From positions 8,863,490-8,927,489 of the forward strand of contig MU058844.1 of assembly GCA_013265495.1 (NCBI GenBank): a stretch of DNA of 64,000 nucleotides, written 5' to 3'. Within the stretch, counting starts at the first letter, position 1, and each line of letters opens with the position of its first letter. Source of the stretch: Vicugna vicugna. Its lineage: Eukaryota. Of the stretch, positions 53,130 through 64,000 are shown in pieces. A program made the translations under genes and the position numbers. Below the pieces are notes generated by a model. That model was not told where the DNA came from and searched no databases. It worked only from the letters and a program-made list of their open reading frames with translations.

Positions 53130-54050
53130 ATTTTTGGAACAGCAATGGAGCCAGTGTGTCTGGGTGGCATGAGAGCGAGAGATAATGGCAAAAGACAAGA
53201 TCAGTGAGATAGCTGAAGCCAGATCATCACAAGGCATTGTATGGCATAGTAACAAGCTTGTCTTTTATTCTAAGATTAATGGGAAACTGTTGAGGGGTTT
53301 GGATCATGGGAGTAATCTGACCTAATCTGCATTTTAAATGTGGAGAGTTCTGACTGCTATGTGAAGGATATATGGGGATAGGGAGACAAAAACAGATACA
53401 GGGACAGTAATTAAGAAGATAATTTTTTACCCCAAGGGAGAATATTGTTGATATGGTCCAAGGGATTAGGATGGTAGAAATGTAGGTGATAAGAAATAGT
53501 ACAATTCAAGCCATATTTTAAAGATAGAATTGGCAGGATTTGCTGATGGATTTGAACGTGAGAAACTGGGTAAATGGGGATGTCAGAATAGACAGTACTA
53601 AGGTGGAAATTTGGAGGAGGGCTTGAGGTGGAACTCAAGTTTGAGTTTGCATTATTAAGACTTAGGTGGCTGTAATACATCCAAGTGGAGATGTGAGTAG
53701 GCAGTGTGAATCTCAGAAGATAAGAGGAATTCAGAATTCATTACCATACATGGTGTTTAAAGCCATGGTATTACATAAAATCATACAGAAGGTGAAACTC
53801 AATGAAAACTAAGGGAAGAAGTATTTTAGGAAGGATGGAGTGGTTAACTGCGTCGAATGTGCCTTAGAGTAGAGGTCAATAAAAGTGATGATGGAACATT
53901 GACAATTGATTCAGCCAATTAGATGTCATTGGCAACCTTTTTAAGAGAGATAGCAATGATAGAGTGGGGACGAAAGCCTGGATCAAGAGGGAATAGAACA
54001 CAAAGGACATTAGGGGGGAATTTTTCCATAAAAGGGATGAGAGAAATGCT
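53130..54050 (-). mobile_element. L2 remnant
   Basis: 'tattttaaagatagaattggcaggatttgctgatggatttgaa...acatccaagtggagatgtgagtaggcagt'. Confidence 0.85.
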
Positions 54051-55197
54051 TAATTTTGATATTTTGAATATATGAATTTTGTAAACTTCTCTACAAATAA
54101 AAAATATCCCACCATATGTTTTTGAAAGAAATGATTTTTAAATACAATCATTTAATTTAAATGGTTGATATTTTACTCTTTTATATTAATTTCCCTGTAG
54201 TAATATACTTTTGATAGATTGTTTAGCACATGAAAATGCTCTCTATATTGAAATATAATCACTTTCCTCCAAAAAATTTCCAAAATAGTCCCAAATTATA
54301 AATATGCATAAATCAAATTTTAAAATACTCATAGCTGGTAATAATATTGTAATGCATTAAGTATTTTCATATTATATAAAGTGACTTTTTAAAAGAGTAA
54401 TACTTGAAAACTTGATGTTAACTGTAAATGCAACTATTAGTTTTAAGATGTTCTGGGTCTTACAGCAAGTTCAATGTTAGGTTCAACTGACTTTTAGAAT
54501 TTTATGTCCTTCATTTTTAGTATATTTGATACCCAAACTGTCTTAACATCTTTTCCTTGACCATAACTGGCTGATTCTACTCTTTAAGGACAAAAATAAG
54601 GATCCAGCGATAGCACTGAGTGAAACTTCAAATCCCAATGCCCTCCTTTTTCCCACCTCCACACAGAGGAAGTAGAACTTACAACATCTGAACTTAATGT
54701 CTTACACAGAAAACCACATGATTAATCCCTATAGCTCCATCATTCAAATTGTCTGTCAAATGAAAAATAGGTCAACTTTTAGAGCATGGAGAGGGGGTGC
54801 AGTTGGGCAGCCAACAGCATCAGTGCAGCACAATGTGGAGTTCATTTTATACAAGAGCTGAGTTGATACTGATACCCATGCTCCAGGTTGCCCTCATATC
54901 TCACTCTGCTTAGAGCTCTGGCACTGATTGCTTCTCTCCATCTGTGATTCTACATTCCCAAGTCTTAAGTCTTCCGATTCACAGTCAGCCTTGGATTACC
55001 AGATTTCCATCTCAGGTGCAGTGTTCCCCCATATTAAAAGAGATTGATGCTACACAGCTTGTGTCAAGGACTGGCTAGTAATCCTATTCAGATATTTGAC
55101 ACCTTGGAGAAGGAAATGAAACTTTCAATACCTGAATTTTTTTTTTAAGAAATAAAGTTGATTACATAATTAATGCATTCTAGTTTATTTGGTTCTA

Positions 55198-56029
55198 TGT
55201 AGGTAATATCAGCCCATATAAAAGAGGCCGTGTAATGCTGATATTAAGCAGCAAGTCTTCCCTGAGCAGCAGCATGTGGGCAGGTGCCAGACTGGCTTGT
55301 CACAAGTCCGTAGATTTGATTAGGAAGGAGACATTAAGTCCAAGTGGATTTAAAGAGTATATTACATGTACAGCATAAACAGAATCACATGGTGTCAGCT
55401 ATTCTATAAGGGCCAGGGCTAGGGTGAGACAAGTAAGGTGCTTAGGACACAAAGTTTTAAGGAGTCGTTTAAGTTCAGGATTGTATGAGTGCCAGCCTTG
55501 TTTTTGCAGGTGTCTAAGAATAAGATGCCTAAGGTATAAAATTTAAGGAGGCACTCACTCTTAGGATCATGTGAGGACAGGATCAGTACTTGTATGACCC
55601 TCAGAATGAGTGCCTCCTTAAATTTTACACCCTAGTAACATTGCTTCTCTAAGTCTAGTCCTGGCCCTGGTCCCTAGTCCCACAGGACAACACTGAGTTG
55701 GATGAGCCAGATGACAGACAATAAGAATGGTGGGCTGCTCTGTTGGGGAGGCGCTCATTCCATACCATCTTAACAGTTTTATATCCTGCTGGTGGATCTG
55801 AAGTTGGGAGAGTGAAGCGGAAATTTTTATGCCTCGTTGGTGCAAGGGAGAATGAGAAAACAGCTATGTGGAAGCTCTTCATAAGACTTGCCTACCTTGT
55901 CATGTTCCTAGGAGGCTGACAAAACATTCCACCAAGATCTGAGCCAGCCTTCGGTTTAGCTATGCCTACATGGCCACGTGGATATGTGCAAGGTCACCCA
56001 GATGCCAGGGTGTAGCTGCTCCTCTACAA
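55198..56029. mobile_element. ERV-type LTR remnant (TGTAG...CTACA ends) with a nested hAT MITE
   Basis: Inverted TGTAG/CTACA termini bound a GC-richer block. Family not identified. Confidence 0.45.
55409..55669. mobile_element. hAT-Tip100 MITE (MER96/MER96B-like), palindromic
   Basis: TIRs agggccagggctag / ctagtcctggccct, and an internal inverted repeat with perfect 21-bp arms at 55537-55557 and 55607-55627. Confidence 0.85.
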
Positions 56030-56054
56030 CTGGTATTAAAAACATAGCTTTGCA

Positions 56055-56072
56055 GATAGATAGATAGATAGA

Positions 56073-56102
<30 letters not shown>
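56055..56102. repeat. Compound tetranucleotide microsatellite (GATA)5(CATA)7 within a MIR (about 56040-56295, +)
   Basis: Repeat read directly. MIR-like flanks (ctacttaatagctatatgatattgggtaagttat...gtagtaaatgttcagtaagta). Confidence 0.9.
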
Positions 56103-56103
<1 letters not shown>

Positions 56104-58374
56104 TGTGCCCCCCCTACTTAATAGCTATATGATATTGGGTAAGTTATGTAGACCTTTTAACCTGTTAAGTGAGAAAAAAATAGCTACTTTATAAGGTTGT
56201 TATAACTACCTTATAAAACTGTCTATAATGTATATAAAGTATTTAAAGAGTGCCTACGTGTAGTAAATGTTCAGTAAGTAGTAATTATTGTATTAGCTTT
56301 TAAATCTAAATGAACATGTTGTATAACATAGTTTTAAAAATTCCATAACCTAGTAAAACATCAGAGTTTATTTTAGATGTTTTAATCAAATAAATGATAC
56401 TATTACAATACTAAGTTTAAAAACTGTATAGGATATCAATGTTTTTACTTTTTAGTGTCTCCCTTTTTGTTACCTATATAAAAAGACGTTTAAATAACAA
56501 GATAGAAACACTTGTCAAAGATTTCAGTTATATTTTATAGATAAAATATTCAACAATCATCAAAAAGATTGACTCACTTTTAACAATTTTCAGAGTTTCT
56601 GAAGGGATTTATTTCACCTATTAATTTTACAGCATAAATGAATTCATGCTCATTATTCACATCTGAAAATTTCTTTTTTGCATCAAGTGATAGATAAGCA
56701 GTGTTTAACTTGGCATCTGTCCACACGCTCTCAACTTACATTCAAAATAGAACATAAACTCAAAAAATTGTTTTTAATTAAAAGAATAAACAGAATAAAA
56801 GAATACATCTGTATTCTCTTTAGAGCCCAGTTCATAATTTCTTTAATTCAACATGTTAAAAACCATAAATACCAATGCCTTTTCCATTCATCTTCTAGAT
56901 TCTATTGTTCCTTTATTCTTCTCAAGACCATGACTATCATGAAAAGCTTAAACTTTTAAAATCTGAGCTTTGGCCCAACTCTTCTGTGATGGCAGGAAAT
57001 CGTCATGGTAGAATTTTAATAAGATGACAAAATGCATCAAGCAAACTGCTAAGTTTTTTCCTCTGAATTTTCTCTATAATCTCTGATAATATCATGAGTT
57101 TCTATTGTTGATAGAATTTCTATGCCTTTATATGAAGAACAAAATGTATTAACTCAAAATGTACTTAACACCTTTTTTTTCCATTTAAAATGTACTTGGA
57201 AGAAAACTTTCATATGAATAGGATTTTTGTCTCAGTCATAACAGGAGTGTTATCAAATAATGCAAAGGGCTGTGTGTTTTATTTTCTGTGCATCTAATAC
57301 TTTAGCCATGTTATTACCAAATCTTGTCAGTTCATTCCATGAAATTCTAAAATAAATTTTTAAATTACATTTTATCTTTGAATTCAAAAGTAATACTAAT
57401 TTTTGCCAATTTACAAATATGTTTCAGGCTTAATTTTATTATATATGGACATAACTTATTTAGATTACTTAATAGAAATGTTAAAGAACATGTAAGATCA
57501 AATGATTTAGGTGGGTTGATTGTTTATGGTATGCATGGTGTTGGAATAAAGAATTTCAACAGGATGGGGAGGGAGGGCCTCTCAAAAACAGACTTTAGAG
57601 ACGTGTTAATTAGGATTTGAATGTTTGAGAGCCAGAAACTTCAAGTTGGAGGCAGGAAGAACATCTAGTTTCAAACATTGCTCAAATGATAGTGTCAAGG
57701 ACTTAAGACTACCATTATATCTTCTAGAATCTATATTGCCTTAATTCTCTGGCAGGTTCATAAAACATTTGAAGCAATTTTTATGTTTCTTTTGGAGCTA
57801 GAATTGGGGGGAGGGAGGAAGTTCCTCAAAGGGATGCTGGGTAGGGAAAATATTATATACAGTATATCCATTATGGAAAAGACAACTTAATTTTCTTGGC
57901 AAGCGTTCCATGTGATTGTCTTATTAATTATAGTCCTTAATAAATGCATGTATCATCACCCATTGAGTACCTGTTAAAGTCAGCTTCTTCAGGTGGACAC
58001 TTCCACTACACTATCCCTTTCTTTTTCACTGCCCTACCTTTACTGTTCTTCATATGCTCATTTCAGCCCCACATTTATCGTTAAGATTCCCCATTTTTGA
58101 GATACCAGAGAATAACGATGTAATTAAGTCCCAACTGAATCAGTGCATGAGTCTTCTTAATGATATCCAGGTGTTGGCTGATTCTCTGATCATAGATATT
58201 TAAATTTCTTTTCCTTCTATCTTTGCTCAATCATCTTTCTTTCATCGTTGATTTCTTGCTGCATCTGTATTTTCCCAGGTTCCTCAACTCTATTCTTTCA
58301 GCTAGATGCAAACAGATAAGTGACCAGGGTCACAAGAAAGAAACTTTTTAGCAAAAAAAGTGTAACTTCTCAAT

Positions 58375-58690
58375 GTAGCCTCAAACTGTTATTCAGCTAC
58401 CTATGAGCAGTTTTTGTTTTTGCTTTTGTTTTGATCTGGGGAGAGTGGGGATGTTTTAAAAATTAAAAGAATTGCCAACATTAAAAATCTGGAATTCTAG
58501 CTTCTTTTGAAAAAGTCATATGATTAGTAACCCTGAAACCAAAACCCTACAACTGATAAGGCTGAGTTGTAGTTTTCCCTATAAACAGGGCACTTGCTCT
58601 CCAGTTTGTCACAGCATCACCCATTTCTCCATTTATGATACCTTTGTCTTCTCCATTTATGATACCTTTGTCTATTATAGTCATTACTCA
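58375..58690 (+). mobile_element. MER102-like hAT fragment containing a perfect 24-bp tandem duplication (58625-58672)
   Basis: 'ttgccaacattaaaaatctggaattctagcttcttttgaaaa...gctctccagtttgtcacag'; ttctccatttatgatacctttgtc occurs twice in tandem. Confidence 0.6.
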
Positions 58691-59234
58691 GGATGATCTA
58701 CTGTGGTTGTTGACTCAAAGACTAGAAATCAATCCTTGTAAAAGAATAGCTAATCTACCCATATCTGTTTTATCTTCCATGTATAGTAATAGAATTGCTA
58801 TAGATAATTAGAATTTTTTGTAGGTTAAACATTTTCCATGGGTTTAATATTTTTGCAAATAATATGTTAAATTGCAGTTTTGTTATTTTTTTTTCCTGTT
58901 CTGCCCTCACTTCAGCACCTTAGAGAATGAAACATCTGCTTTCCCATATAGAGCCATTTTCTTTGCATATTTCAAGAATAATTAGTGTGTGTTTTTAAAA
59001 TTTATACATTGTACAGAGTTGGAGAAAATATCTAGATTTTTTTAATGCAGCTATTTGTATAGCATTATAGTGTGCAAAATTGTCTCAAACAAAACAAAAT
59101 GAAACAGAGCAAAACAAAACAAATGTAGCTGAGTGCCCTAACTTTGTAGCTAAAGAAAATATTACACTGTGGGACTGGGAAATTCTCCATGCTGTTGAGT
59201 AGCATTTTACAATCAACACCTCTCCCCTTTTCAG

Positions 59235-59288
59235 GATATCGAATCCCTAACAGGAGGGCTGACTGGTTCTAAGGGGGCTGATCCACCG
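59235..59288 (+). other. Candidate internal exon (54 nt) of a plus-strand transcript
   Basis: cctctccccttttcag|GATATCGAATCC...GATCCACCG|gtaagt: near-consensus acceptor and donor around a GC-richer block with two CpGs. Phase-0 frame is open (DIESLTGGLTGSKGADPP). Confidence 0.6.
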
Positions 59289-62200
59289 GTAAGTTAGATT
59301 CTTCATTAAATTTAACTATTGATGAGTTAAATTATGTGCATACCAGATCATCAGACAGTTACTTGTATACAATTTGTCATACAGGTAACTTTTGGAAATA
59401 GTTTCTTTCAAAACTTTGTAGCTATTGCAGTAACTAATACAAAAATGTGAACTTGCTTTAAGCTGTCATTTGGTGTTTTAAAAAGTTTTAGTAAGTCATA
59501 AAATTCATTTCCATATATTGACTCTAACAATAAAAATAAAAGCTTCATTAGAGTATGTATGTACTTTATGTCCTACTGATGTACTACACCAAAAGCTAAA
59601 ACCTTTTGGAACCTGAGAGTTTAACACTTTAAATATGTGTAAGATTTTGATTGGAATATATTTTCTAGTTACTGACAAAAATTATTTTATCAGCCCATTT
59701 TTTCACAGTATTGATTCTTGGTATTGCTGTTTCTTCCATGCTTTACCCAGGAAGCTTCTAGAAAATTAGAGAAAATGCTCTAAAATTTTAAAGGATTATC
59801 ATTTTTAAGCTATAACAAGATTGATGGTCTAGTGTTGGCATCTTTGTCCTTTCTGTGATGTCTGATTTCAAAAAACATTGAGTAAATCAAGATTCCTGCG
59901 ATTTCATGCTTGAGGCTCAAACATGAGTTCATGGTATATATTAAAGTAATAAGATTCAATTTATTTCAACAAATAGTCAATGCATAAAATTTTGTTACTG
60001 TTTGCTTTGTACTTAGCGCTGTGAGGTTTAGTGTGGAACACGCAGAACCCTGTGTTATCAATTTTTTAGCTATACTTCATCCGGGTATCGAGGTGAAGTA
60101 CATACTTAGATTAAAATATTGGTGAGATGTTAAAAAGATAACCTTCAGTTGTAGCTCTTTCTCTCCTGTCTCATTCTCATGTGTCTCATGATTCTGTTTA
60201 GTCTTCATCAAATTGCTCCTAAACTAGGTGAAACAACACATTTTAGTCCTTTCCCTTCCCTTTATTTTCATTGTCTGAGTTTATGCAGGAAAAAAAAAAT
60301 GTGTTGTCCTCAGATAGCCGCTTTTATTTAGTCCCAGAACCTATTACATTGCAACATAAGACAAGATGAAATGTCAGTCAGTCCAGCAAGTATACTGTGA
60401 CAGGATTTATGACCAGCTTTATATGTAGGGTGGTGTAGGTGACTGCTTTTGTGATGTCATTTCACCCTGCTGCCTTGCACTGTGTTTGTGCATAGCATTC
60501 AGCTTTTATTAGAAGAATAAAACCGTTTCCTTCAAAATACCTCCCTCACTATTCACTAATTCTTGAAAAAATTCTACAGTCAGAGATGTTTGTTTTAAGA
60601 GGATTTGTTCCTTGTTCAAAACAAAACACCTCTCTTCTGCAAGTGGACATAAAACTCTTGCCCATTGTTTACCTGTTAAAATAAATTAACAATAAAGGAT
60701 ATGATAGTGTTTATCATATCCTTTCAAGAAGGCATGTTTCTAAACATGGAAGATTAAGTCAGCATAAAGCCTAGTTATTGAAAGAAACCCCTTGCAGGGG
60801 TAAAAGGTCACTGAAAGGACAGAGGTTGTCCTGAAGGCAATCTTAGTCAACTTCATTCCCAAGAGCTATAAGTGTGTATATGTGTCTGTATTTTTATACT
60901 ACATATATGTGGTTTTTTTTCTTTAGACATAATTTCTAATGTTGTGAAGATAAAATTTCTGTCTTGGCCATCCCCTACCATGATGATGGGTATTTTATAC
61001 TGCTGTCTACATTTTCCTGATTCAATGGTTGTGCATTTGTTTTACAACTTTTTGTAAAGTGAAAGACATCATACAAATGTCAGAGTACATAAGAGCTTAG
61101 ACAATCTGGGGTGTTAACAGGACACATGTATTTAATGTCTCCCATTGTTAAAGAGCTATCAACAGCATATTACTGAGGGCTACGTAATAAAACCACTGTT
61201 TAGCCCTCCATAAAGCTTATAAGGTAGTCACAGTATGAAGGTGAAATGGTAATAGTATCTAGAGTTGCTTCAGTCACTTAAGAATAAGACTGAATGAAGC
61301 TATTATTTTTGCCCCCAAATTAGAAAACTGAAAGAGTAAATTATGTATAACTTAAGTCCATTTGAGGTTTCATATTATTTTTTCCTTTCTTTGAAAAAGA
61401 TATTTATAATAGATTATCTAAATACTGTTATTCATTATCCATTTCTAAAGTTATATATTTTATATAAATGTTTACAACTACTAAACCCATTCTGTGATGA
61501 AATTTTCATTGGTAGGATATTCAAGGTCCTATAATTTTCACTCATTGAACAGAATCTATAAAGTGTTGAGTGAATGGTCTCTCACAAGGAGGTATAGCTA
61601 TGGAGTAATTTCTTTACCCATATAATAGAAATATCACATATATCTTTAAATATAAATGGTATATTTAGAACTTGAAATTTTTTCTGTGGGCAGATATAAA
61701 TATTTCTGAAGCATTAAAAAAAGTGAATTTTACATTTTTTCAAATAGCAAGCATGTATAAAAAGTTGTGTCAAATTTGAAAATGTCATTATAAATAAATT
61801 TGCAAATTTGCATGTCTGGTAAGAATAAATTTGAACTCATATGAATATAGTCTGCATTAATATTTTTAACAATAAATGTTAAGTAGGTTTTTTGAAAATT
61901 TAGGTAGTCTCAGTTTTAATGCTAATAATGAAAGAGAGAATCACTCATTAATTATATTCAGGGGCCATTCAAGAAGTTTTATAATCGCTTTCTTCTGAAA
62001 AGAATTTCAGACACTATGTTTTTAAATTCATAAACTGGAAATCAGTCACTGCTGCAAATAGAACTTACAGACTTTTCTAAATCACATAGTTATCTTAGAA
62101 AATAAACTCTTCTATGATTGAGAAAAATATTGCCTGTTATGTTAACTTAAAATCGTCTTTGAAAAATTATATGAAAGATATTCTACATTCTGCATTTATT

Positions 62201-63679
62201 TTTCATTCACAAAAACTGGATCACAGATTAAGCTCCAGTCTAAAAACATAGCATATATTTACATATAAAATAAAGGGAAAGAAAGATAATTAAACTCTAA
62301 AGGGTAAAATATAATTATTAAGTTAAATAGTGCTTTTTAATATGCCATTTTGTCACAGTGTATTAAATTTAAACTATTAACATTATTAAAATATCAAAAC
62401 CTTGTGAAATGTAAGATATCAGGGGTGTCCCAGGTTATCACATTGTCAGGCCATCAGGCCAGCCTTAGGAAGATTAAGGTAAGGTCTAAGTAACTCAGCT
62501 TCTGATGGCCAAGCAGATTTTGGATACTGAAAAACAGGTATAAAGCATGAAAAGTTATATTGCTATACCAGCTAAACTGGTATCTAGAGAGCTGTGGATA
62601 TGCAGGTCTGTGCAGAACCAGCAGTGTGACAGATCATGTCCTGTCTTGAGCCCATGAGCCAGTGTCATAGAGGTGTTGGCCAACCCTTGGCCTGGAGCCA
62701 GGATTTGTCCCAGACTGTAAGCTAGGTCTAAGTCTGCAGGTGGGATTTAGTAGCATAGCTTGGCCAGAAAAGTTAAGTTTAGTGACACAGACCCAAGCAG
62801 ACTAATGTGCACAAGGAGGGGAGTTTCCCTTTGTATTGGTTTAAGAAAGTTTCTGATTATTTATAAACTGATATAAACTAGCTATTCACTGTCTTACTAT
62901 TTCTGATTCTTTTTAAGGGTTAATATAGACAAAATCTATTAAGGAGTTATGTGGGACAAATTCTAGACTATATGAAACAAATTTCTGAACACATTGGTCA
63001 AATGTCAGAGTGTCCTGTTATTTCAGAGTGCTGTTATCAGTGTTTGAATTCAGTCCACCTCATTGCCTCATCCAGAACTTAGAGCAAGAATGCCACTGGG
63101 GCTATTCAGTTCCTCTCTTGTTTTTCTTTCTGTTTGTTACCTCAGAGTAATAAGATAAATTTGGTTCCTACACATCTTAGCATTTTGATTATTCTAAGTT
63201 TCCTTTATTCAAATGATAATGGTTCTCCTCATTTCTAGAGTGTGGTGAATAAGTGAACACCGATTTAGTCCCTATCCTTGGGCTTGACGTGCACGCTGTC
63301 CTGAACATTCTCCAGCTCTGTTAATTTTTTTCCCCACTGAGGAAACAGAATTGTACATTCCGTATTTTTGTACTTTCTGTTCTCATTTTAATGGTCTTCC
63401 TGATGGTTCTTAGCAAGTTGAGTAAACACTCCACAGAATTTAAAACAAATTCAATTTCCTGAGAGTGCTGTTTAGACCAGGTTATATATTTTTCAAATTG
63501 TGAACAGCATGAAAAAGTCGAAGTCTCCAAAACTGATTTTAATTTGCTTATTCAAAAAAGGTCAATGTTCTACACACTTGCTTCAAAAGATAAGGGGATT
63601 AAAAAATGTGAATCTGAAATGTTATCTAATTTAATCTCTTTCAACCTGACTGTCATATTGCTGTATTACTTGCTTTCAT

Positions 63680-64000
63680 TCTCCAATTTGTTTAGTCAGA
63701 ATTCAGTGTTATGTTTGAGTGTACACTGTGTGCTACACATTTAGTTAGGTTTTGGAAATACAGTGGTAAACAATTCAGTTTCTCCTTTCAGAATATAGTG
63801 GAGCAGACAGGTTGGTAAAAAGTAATTACAGTGTAATATAAGCACAGGATGAGATGAAAGTGAGAGAGAAGGTCACATAACCCAACTGGTGAGAACGGAA
63901 AGAGTCTGGAGGATCAAACAAGGCAAATAAAATAAATTAATGTTTAGTTGTAGGATGAGTTGAAGTTTGTCAGCTGAGGAAGGTGAAGCCTGTCATCTTA
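63680..64000 (-). mobile_element. L2 3' end, antisense, running off the window
   Basis: 'gtacactgtgtgctacacatttagttaggttttggaaatacagtggtaaaca...gtaattacagtgtaa'. Confidence 0.6.

Noticed and set aside
57960..58280. Decayed minus-strand coding exon (QQEINDERKMIEQR-like)
   Set aside because: Multiple stops in the frames I read and no recognisable homology. The purine-rich composition explains the appearance.

Overview
AT-rich mammalian nuclear DNA, probably camelid (inferred from a tRNA-Ala(AGC)-derived SINE at 44699-44798 and cetartiodactyl-type L1 3' ends). Much of the window is decayed interspersed repeat: L1, L2, MIR, MaLR/ERV LTRs, and hAT and Tigger DNA transposons. I recognise no intact protein-coding gene; the only ORFs with recognisable homology are LINE-1 ORF2 remnants. 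The main non-repeat structure is one CpG island at about 37.7-38.4 kb. It contains a ~40-bp tandem repeat bracketed by palindromes and abuts a CpG-retaining ERV1-type solo LTR. Splice donors face outward on both strands, and several well-formed candidate exons lie on each side, suggesting an unidentified divergent pair of spliced transcripts (lncRNA, 5'UTR exons or small ORFs). Several retrotransposon insertions have unusual structures: a short 3' transduction, an L1 5'-end/3'-end fusion and a chimeric L1. Repeat family names and boundaries are by-eye recognition from memory, not search results.
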